A stretch of DNA of 64,000 nucleotides from a virus. Positions 57,953 to 64,000 of the stretch are shown piece by piece (position 1 is the first letter of the stretch; every line of letters starts with the position of its first letter). Both the position numbers and the translations under genes were made by a program. The stretch spans positions 1 through 64,000 of the IMG/VR virus record IMGVR_UViG_3300047353_000337; one strand, given 5' to 3'. The notes beneath the pieces were generated by a model, which worked only from the letters and a program-made list of their open reading frames with translations, was not told the origin of the DNA and ran no database searches.

Positions 57953-58885
57953 ATGACCAAAGACATAGATCTTAACAATATGAATTATTACGAGCTCGAG
58001 CCAGAGAATAATTCGTTTTATGATATAGTAGTTGATATTACTCACCGTTGTAATATGGAGTGTAAGAACTGTTATGTTCCAAATAGATTTATACCAGATA
58101 TGCGACTAGCTGAATATACTAAATTTGTAGCAAAATTACCAAAGCCAGTTATGTTACGCATTGTAGGAGCGGAGCCAACTCTTCATCCAGAACTTACAGA
58201 GTTTATAAGAATTGGATTTGAACACGGGCATAATTGTATCTTAATTACTAACGGACTTCGATTAGCTAGTCAACCCTTTGTAGATAAAGTAGAGGCAACT
58301 GGACTAAAACATGTATACATGAGTTTGAACGGTATAGATAACGATGATTGGTACGAACAGATAGATGAAATGAGATGTGCTACTAAAAAAATAAAAGCAT
58401 TTATAAATTGTAAAGATAAGTTTAATATGAATGCAGGAATAATTTTAGTAAAAGGTATTAACGAAGAAGCTCCAAGAGCCGCCTTTGATTTAATTACTAG
58501 AGAAAAAGTTCCTGATATAACCTTGCGTTTTAAGAATGTAGGGCAACTTGGAAGATATCAAAAAGATGCTGACGAAAATTTAAAAATGGCAGATATGGTA
58601 AAACTATGTGCAGATCAATTAGGTTTTACAGAAGATTATATTTGGAGTCATTATGGTAAGCCTCATCGATATAGTAATGTTGTAGAACCAGGCACTATTG
58701 AGTTTCCATTAGATCCTAATAATAAAGAAAGATACAAAGGGCAATGGGTAAAGATAACCGATTGGGATACAGATAACGAAGTAGGTATTCCTGATCCTGG
58801 TAGTGTACGTAGAGGGAGAGTAACTAAAGATTGGAAAGTAGCACCTTTCTATGAGCATGTTAAGATGAACGAAGGCGAGTACTAA
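57953..58885 (+). CDS. Radical SAM protein (MoaA/NifB/PqqE-like core)
   Basis: DITHRCNMECKNC, GAEPTLHP, ITNGLRL, VKGINE; no C-terminal MoaA Cys cluster. Confidence 0.85.
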   Translation: MTKDIDLNNMNYYELEPENNSFYDIVVDITHRCNMECKNCYVPNRFIPDMRLAEYTKFVAKLPKPVMLRIVGAEPTLHPELTEFIRIGFEHGHNCILITNGLRLASQPFVDKVEATGLKHVYMSLNGIDNDDWYEQIDEMRCATKKIKAFINCKDKFNMNAGIILVKGINEEAPRAAFDLITREKVPDITLRFKNVGQLGRYQKDADENLKMADMVKLCADQLGFTEDYIWSHYGKPHRYSNVVEPGTIEFPLDPNNKERYKGQWVKITDWDTDNEVGIPDPGSVRRGRVTKDWKVAPFYEHVKMNEGEY

Positions 58886-59913
58886 TGAAAGTAAAGGATC
58901 TAAAGTTAGATTTTAGTGATGTACTTATTGAGCCTTGTGAGAGTGAGATTACTCTTACACGTAAAAGTGTTGACATTGAAATAGAGTGGTTAGATACTAC
59001 AGCAACTCCTGTAATAGTATCTAATATGCTTAGTACTGGTACTTATAAGATTGCAAATATACTTACTCCAGAACGCATCTTTACATTCATACACAAAGAA
59101 TATACTGTTGAACAGCATATTAATGAATTAGAAAAAATGAAAGATAGAAGGTTCATAGCTATTACTAGTGGTGTACGCTTACAAGATAGAGAAAAAACAA
59201 TCGAAGTAATTAGTAAGTTTCCTGATATCGGAATAATCAATGTTGACATTGCAAATGTATATGCTAATATACAAGGTATGATTGATACAATAAAATTATA
59301 TAGAGAAAAATTTCCTAACATACAAATATGTGCTGGCAATGTAGCAACAGCAAGTCCTATACAAAAATTTGTTAAAGCAGGAGCAACATTAATTAAAGTA
59401 GGTGTTGGTAGTGGCGCCGCCTGTAGAACACGTTCAGAAGTAGGTACAGGTGTACCGCAACTAAGTGCTATTATGGATTGTTATACAGAAGCACAAAAGT
59501 ATGGTGTAGGAATTATATCTGATGGCGGATGTGTTACTGCTGGCGATATTTGTAAAGCAATTGGCGCTGGTGCTAAAATGGTAATGATAGCAGGTATGGT
59601 GTCTAAGTCAGAAGAGTGTGATAATATTGTAGAAATAGATGGTAAAAAATATATAAACTTTTACGGTTTAGGTAGTACAACTATGTACAATCGTACAAAT
59701 CCAACAGAACAAGAGTATAGGCCTAACGAAGGTAGAGACTTGTTAATACCGTGTAAAGGGTCGATTAAAAGCATTTTAAAGCAGATACAAGGCGGTTTAC
59801 GTAGTGTATGCACTTATGTAGGTGCAGAGAACATAACACAGCTATATAAGTGTACTACGTTTGTTCGTGTAAACAACCAAATTAACAACAGTTTGGCGAA
59901 GTATGAACAATGA
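58885..59913 (+). CDS. guaC: GMP reductase (IMPDH/GMPR family)
   Basis: KLDFSDVLI, DIANVY, AGNVAT, KVGVGSGAACRTR (catalytic Cys loop), GVPQLSA, ISDGG, GGLRS.CTYVGA; no CBS domains. Confidence 0.82.
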   Translation: MKVKDLKLDFSDVLIEPCESEITLTRKSVDIEIEWLDTTATPVIVSNMLSTGTYKIANILTPERIFTFIHKEYTVEQHINELEKMKDRRFIAITSGVRLQDREKTIEVISKFPDIGIINVDIANVYANIQGMIDTIKLYREKFPNIQICAGNVATASPIQKFVKAGATLIKVGVGSGAACRTRSEVGTGVPQLSAIMDCYTEAQKYGVGIISDGGCVTAGDICKAIGAGAKMVMIAGMVSKSEECDNIVEIDGKKYINFYGLGSTTMYNRTNPTEQEYRPNEGRDLLIPCKGSIKSILKQIQGGLRSVCTYVGAENITQLYKCTTFVRVNNQINNSLAKYEQ

Positions 59914-60617
59914 TAGATTATGCTAATATATTAAACAATGGTGTAGAAATAAGCAGTAGTGGTACTACAGGACCTGCTAAAAAGGTCTTTAGAACGCCAG
60001 ATAACTTAAAGGCTTGTATTGATGTTGCTATTGAGGCTCAACAGCTTGTACGAAGCTCTAAGGTGCTTACAGTAACTCGTATGACACATGCAGGCGGCTT
60101 ATTAACACAAACATTACCTGCTTATAGTATAGGTGCAGATTTTAAAGTACAACAATTTAATGCTTTTACATTTTTAAAAGATTTTAAAGATTACACACAT
60201 ACATTCCTCGCTCCGGCACAAATGACCGCACTTATGAATACAAAAGGATTTGAAGATTGTGATCTTACAGGCAAACGTATACTAGGAGGAAGTGATCCTG
60301 TTAGTTGGGAAATGGTTGAAGCATTTGTAAGTAAAGGTGCTGTTGTACAGCCTAACTGGGGAATGAGCGAAATAGGACCAATTACTATTAATATAGAATT
60401 TGATAGCATTGATAAAGTACAACACGTAAAATCAAAAACACCAGAAGGTTATACTATATTAGGAGATAAATTTTATTGTGATTGGAAAATAGTCAAACAC
60501 GAATTATATGTAAAAGGACCGACTAGTATATATAATGATTGGTATGCTACTGGAGATTTAGTATCTCTTGATATGGGTAGACGGATGTACTATCTTGGAC
60601 GAAAGGAAAACATATGA
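59910..60617 (+). CDS. Truncated ANL-superfamily adenylation (AMP-binding) protein
   Basis: SSGTTGPAK P-loop, HAGG, WGMSEIG, ELYVKGP, WYATGD, YLGRK; only 235 aa. Confidence 0.75.
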   Translation: MIDYANILNNGVEISSSGTTGPAKKVFRTPDNLKACIDVAIEAQQLVRSSKVLTVTRMTHAGGLLTQTLPAYSIGADFKVQQFNAFTFLKDFKDYTHTFLAPAQMTALMNTKGFEDCDLTGKRILGGSDPVSWEMVEAFVSKGAVVQPNWGMSEIGPITINIEFDSIDKVQHVKSKTPEGYTILGDKFYCDWKIVKHELYVKGPTSIYNDWYATGDLVSLDMGRRMYYLGRKENI

Positions 60618-61183
60618 AAAAGTGTATGTTCAAATTTGATTTTGATTATGATAAAGAAAAACTTTTAAAAGAATCACAGTTACTAAATTATACACCTGTT
60701 AATTATAATAATTTTTTAACACGATCATCTAATGAAACTAACAATGATAATCTTTCTTTTGTTGAAAAAGACAAACAATGGTGGGATAAACAAACATCTT
60801 GGAATGCATCAAGAGAGCCTAAAAGCAAAAATGCTAATCTTTCTGAAAGTAAACGTATTATAGAATTATTCAAAAAAGTTTGTAATACTGATAAAATTAG
60901 ACCTAGTTTCTTAACTCAAAAAAAAGATACAGAAGTTTTATTACATATTGATCCAGGTACATTATGTAAAATCAATCTTGTTTTGCAAGGAGGTCAAACT
61001 CCTATAAATTTTCAAGGATACGGAGACGAACTTTACGAAGTAGCATTATTAAATATAACGTTGAACCATAGTGTACCAATTCAAACAGACCAAGATAGAA
61101 TATTATTTACACTACGTTTTACACATCATAGTTATAACTATGTACGTCGAAATCTACAAAATTATTTTAGGAGCAGTAAATGA
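60614..61183 (+). CDS. 2OG-Fe(II) dioxygenase-like protein
   Basis: LHID...CKINLVL, LLN....HSV......RILF. Confidence 0.62.
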   Translation: MKKCMFKFDFDYDKEKLLKESQLLNYTPVNYNNFLTRSSNETNNDNLSFVEKDKQWWDKQTSWNASREPKSKNANLSESKRIIELFKKVCNTDKIRPSFLTQKKDTEVLLHIDPGTLCKINLVLQGGQTPINFQGYGDELYEVALLNITLNHSVPIQTDQDRILFTLRFTHHSYNYVRRNLQNYFRSSK

Positions 61184-61770
61184 GACCATACTTTGAATAT
61201 GTAGAAGGTATAAACTTTTCAGAAGAAACACGCAAAGCACTAGCAGAAAATATTCTATCTAATGCTGAAGATTATATTCGCAGTTCAAACGATCATGCTA
61301 ACAAGTACGGAAAGTATGATTGGAATTGGTTTTGTCCAAGGGATTTAATTCCTACACAACTTATGGACGAAGTAGGAAAACTTTTTAAAATAGATGTAGC
61401 ATATGAAATACTAGGACAAACACCTTACACTGACGGTAAGATACATATTGATCGTAAAGTAGAAGGACTACCTCCTAGAGTAACACTTATTAATTTTCCT
61501 ATATATCCATTTGATATGAATACATACGGACCAACAAACTTTTTTAAACTTACGTCAGGAAAATATTCTGATTACGATAACGCTGTATTTGAAAAACAAT
61601 GTAGTGTTGACTACAAACATAATAAGCCTGTAATTTTTAACTTACAAGAATATCATAATGCTGTTAATGATACAAATGATTATAGATTTAATTGCCAGTT
61701 TACAACTGGTTTAGAATTTAATGAAATTATTGAATTGTATGATAATAAAGAATTATTTAAACTAAGTTAA
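61180..61770 (+). CDS. 2OG-Fe(II) dioxygenase-like protein
   Basis: IHIDR, LINFPI, PVIFN...YHNAVN....RFN. Confidence 0.62.
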   Translation: MRPYFEYVEGINFSEETRKALAENILSNAEDYIRSSNDHANKYGKYDWNWFCPRDLIPTQLMDEVGKLFKIDVAYEILGQTPYTDGKIHIDRKVEGLPPRVTLINFPIYPFDMNTYGPTNFFKLTSGKYSDYDNAVFEKQCSVDYKHNKPVIFNLQEYHNAVNDTNDYRFNCQFTTGLEFNEIIELYDNKELFKLS

Positions 61771-62872
61771 CCCAAGCACTGTTTTCATAGCCTTGGAATT
61801 TATTATCAGTAGTATTGTAAATAACCATTCCGTTTGCGGCTGTAAGTGCATTACGTTCTGTAGTTGTCATTGATCCAAACTGTACAAATCCACCTGAAGT
61901 TACATTACCTGCTGAAACAAGATCGTTGTTACCTTTAATACGTAATGCTTCACCGTACGTGCTAACTGCCCCGTTTCTAGTTCTAATAATAATATCAGCA
62001 TCAATATTTACTGTGCTTGCTGAATTGATAACAGTAGTCATATTTGCTGTAATCATATTATTGCCCGAATCATCTAATGCTGACCAAGCAAAGCCGCCAA
62101 TACTATCTCCTGCTAGAGCAGTTGTTTTGTTGGCAATAGTACCTCTTGCTTTATAAAAACCAAATTCGTGTGATATAGCACTATCTTGTACGTTTCTCAA
62201 TTGAAACGTTGATAATGGAAATGATCCGGGTACAGTTGTGTTATAATAAAACACATTTGGGTTAACACTTTTTGTACCAATATCAATATTGTTGTCAAAT
62301 GTAGACGCCTGCATAGCATTAATTTTACCAAGCAACTCACCTTTAACAGCATCTACTAAACTTGTACTGTCATCACTAAATAATGAACCAACTACATCAC
62401 CGTTAACATTACCAACTACGTTTCCAAAGTGTGTACCTGTTGTAGTACCAACTACGTTACCTGTAACTGATCCTGTAACATCACCTGTTAAGTTACCAAC
62501 TACATTAGTTGCTGTAACTGAACTAGTTACTACTGGTCCTACAATTCTTCCGTTTATAGCGTCAACTAGGAGCGTTGAGTCATCACCATAAATGTTACCA
62601 CGTATGTCAATTGCTGGATTATCTGTTGCCGCCCAATTTGAACCGTTGTATACAAGGATCTGATCGTTCTGTGCGGCTAACGCTTGTACGTTACCTAAAT
62701 CTTCTAAATTCTGTGTTGATACAGATACTGGAGTACCACCTGTTGTGGCTCCGTCTCCAACAAATACTTCTTTGCTGTCTGTTGTGTAAACAAGTTCACC
62801 TTCAGCTGGTACATAACCTGGACTGGTTTGTAGTGCTGTTTTGGTGCCTCGTTTGATTCGTAAAGTACCCAT
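61757..62872 (-). CDS. Tail fibre protein with Mtd/hyaluronidase-type N-terminal anchor
   Basis: LRIKRGT...PAEGELVYTTDSKEVFVGDG; GxVT repeats; C-terminal MTTTERNAL...GMVIYNTT.NKFQGY. Confidence 0.75.
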   Translation of the reverse strand: MGTLRIKRGTKTALQTSPGYVPAEGELVYTTDSKEVFVGDGATTGGTPVSVSTQNLEDLGNVQALAAQNDQILVYNGSNWAATDNPAIDIRGNIYGDDSTLLVDAINGRIVGPVVTSSVTATNVVGNLTGDVTGSVTGNVVGTTTGTHFGNVVGNVNGDVVGSLFSDDSTSLVDAVKGELLGKINAMQASTFDNNIDIGTKSVNPNVFYYNTTVPGSFPLSTFQLRNVQDSAISHEFGFYKARGTIANKTTALAGDSIGGFAWSALDDSGNNMITANMTTVINSASTVNIDADIIIRTRNGAVSTYGEALRIKGNNDLVSAGNVTSGGFVQFGSMTTTERNALTAANGMVIYNTTDNKFQGYENSAWVNLV

Positions 62873-62899
62873 GTAATGCTCCTAATTCATTGTTACATG

Positions 62900-62907
62900 T
62901 ATTTATA
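62900..62907 (-). promoter_or_regulatory. T4-type late promoter TATAAATA for the minus-strand fibre gene
   Basis: Exact consensus, followed by AGGAG RBS and ATG 62872. Confidence 0.65.
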
Positions 62908-62924
62908 TCAAAACTACGATATCT

Positions 62925-63239
62925 CTACTTTTTCTTTTTAGTAGGATTCTTTAAAAATGCTCTAGTTTGCTTTTGAACATCACGTTTTACCTTTGTTGTA
63001 TTTAATCTAAAGTCTACATGCACAATATCATCGCCGTATTCGTTAAACAAATCGGCGATAGTGTCGTCTAAATTTGCGCCTGTACTACGTTTAGCATTAC
63101 AATCTATCTCCCATATTTTACCTTTTTTAAACTCGATACGTATCGAATGAAGATAATTTATGGGTATAGTCTGTATATCTATATCTCTAAAAACTTCAGG
63201 CCAGTGTTTAATTACATCATCAGGTAGTGGCTTTGGCAC
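62925..63239 (-). CDS. Hypothetical protein
   Basis: Likely GTG start at 63239 (PKPLPDDVIKHWPEVF...), which avoids a long overlap with the upstream gene. Confidence 0.6.
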   Translation of the reverse strand: MPKPLPDDVIKHWPEVFRDIDIQTIPINYLHSIRIEFKKGKIWEIDCNAKRSTGANLDDTIADLFNEYGDDIVHVDFRLNTTKVKRDVQKQTRAFLKNPTKKKK

Positions 63240-63879
63240 TAGTTTTCTTCTTTGTAGTAGGAACAAGCTCTTCTGCTTGTGCTCTAAGCGCCTTTGCTTC
63301 TTTGTATAGTCTGTCAGCATCACTGCGATATTTTGCGGCTAAATCAGCATCAGTTAATACACCGTCATTAGGTGCTTGTAAATTAGCGGCTTTTGCTTCA
63401 GCTACCACTGCCGGATTTGTTGGCTTTGGCATTTCACTAACACTACCAGCTTCAGTAATACTTTCACCTGGTTTTAGTTCATTGGGATCTTTAAGAGCCA
63501 AGTCACTAATAGTAACACCTCTTTGATCTGCAATAATTTTGTTAAGTTCATCTAGACCAATTACGGTTGCAGTGTTTGGTGTCATTTCAATTTCACTCAT
63601 AGGTAACGGTTGTAATTTACCTGTGCTATGAAACCTTGCTAACATGTTAGCACCATCACTAAGTTGAGTTCTTGACATTACTTCAGCAAATTCAAATGCT
63701 GTTTGTGCCGAATTACTTTCAACTGTTTTAATTAAGACATCGTGATCTTCATCTCTAAGTGTAGCAGTATCAATTACTAAAGAATTCACAGGTGGATTTT
63801 CACCTGGAATAACTCTGTATGCTACTACAACTTTACGATTATTTTTCTTAAGTCTGCCTACGTGTTTAATTTCGGCCAT
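63220..63879 (-). CDS. Hypothetical protein
   Basis: 219 aa, AGGAG RBS, C-terminal coiled coil and basic tail. Confidence 0.75.
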   Translation of the reverse strand: MAEIKHVGRLKKNNRKVVVAYRVIPGENPPVNSLVIDTATLRDEDHDVLIKTVESNSAQTAFEFAEVMSRTQLSDGANMLARFHSTGKLQPLPMSEIEMTPNTATVIGLDELNKIIADQRGVTISDLALKDPNELKPGESITEAGSVSEMPKPTNPAVVAEAKAANLQAPNDGVLTDADLAAKYRSDADRLYKEAKALRAQAEELVPTTKKKTSAKATT

Positions 63880-64000
63880 TATGCATCTCCTTTAGGTGCT
63901 TCCGCTGGAGCAGTTCCTTCAGTCTTTGCTTTTGCTTCTTCTTCAGCTTTCTGGACTGTTTGTAGGAATGCATCTAATTTATTAAATGTTTTTCCAACTG
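63879..64000 (-). CDS. Partial hypothetical protein (C-terminus only)
   Basis: Open frame VGKTFNKLDAFLQTVQKAEEEAK...KGDA*, stop overlaps the next ATG (TAATG). Confidence 0.6.
   Translation of the reverse strand, partial: VGKTFNKLDAFLQTVQKAEEEAKAKTEGTAPAEAPKGDA

Noticed and set aside
57953-58885. Calling this gene moaA or queE (7-deazaguanine pathway)
   Set aside because: It lacks the MoaA C-terminal Cys cluster, and no folE/queD/queC/dpdA partners are present in the window
38454-61770. RiPP cluster with a precursor peptide
   Set aside because: Intergenic gaps are too short for a precursor ORF, and no leader/core-like peptide, peptidase or exporter was seen
32045-62872. Diversity-generating retroelement acting on fibre genes (suggested by the Mtd-like N-terminus)
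   Set aside because: No reverse transcriptase and no template/variable repeat pair seen in the window; the Mtd similarity is limited to the N-terminal anchor
63240-63323. N-terminal extension of ORF 62925-63323
   Set aside because: It overlaps the upstream gene by about 100 nt; GTG at 63239 is a more plausible start
781-63526. Many short ORFs in the six-frame track antisense to or nested in long genes (e.g. 2002-2346, 4788-5180, 10447-10869, 32602-33186, 38303-38899, 41999-42433, 62289-62591)
   Set aside because: Shadow frames of well-supported genes, with no RBS or recognisable motifs

Overview
This window is 64 kb of an AT-rich, densely coding genome of a large, distantly T4-like tailed phage (myovirus), read in the standard genetic code. 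(1) 1-433: a non-coding stretch that folds into many helices on the minus strand, directly downstream of a stand-alone GIY-YIG nuclease gene (434-856). (2) 875-4740, minus strand: a small basic protein, gp46/gp47 (SbcC/SbcD-like) and a gp55-like late sigma factor, with two consensus sigma70 promoters. (3) 4822-38417, plus strand: a baseplate/tail module with tube initiator, gp53-like LysM protein, hub, gp5-like spike ending in a GH19 domain, PAAR, gp25, gp6, a 5013-aa giant structural protein and three paralogous fibre-like proteins. (4) 38454-61770: an island of about 30 mostly biosynthetic/tailoring genes, including 4 glycosyltransferase-like proteins, 5 radical SAM enzymes, 6 2OG-Fe(II) dioxygenase-like proteins, a carbamoyltransferase, 2 aminotransferases, 2 methyltransferases, 2 nitroreductase-like proteins, GMP reductase, and truncated adenylation, GNAT-like and SGNH-like proteins. 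(5) 61757-64000, minus strand: a tail fibre and hypothetical proteins. TAA(A/G)TA late-promoter motifs precede many genes, and three lie exactly 5 nt before an ATG. The best candidates for an undescribed system are the GIY-YIG plus structured-RNA unit and the late-expressed tailoring island flanked by fibre genes. All protein calls come from motif recognition by eye; no database search was run.
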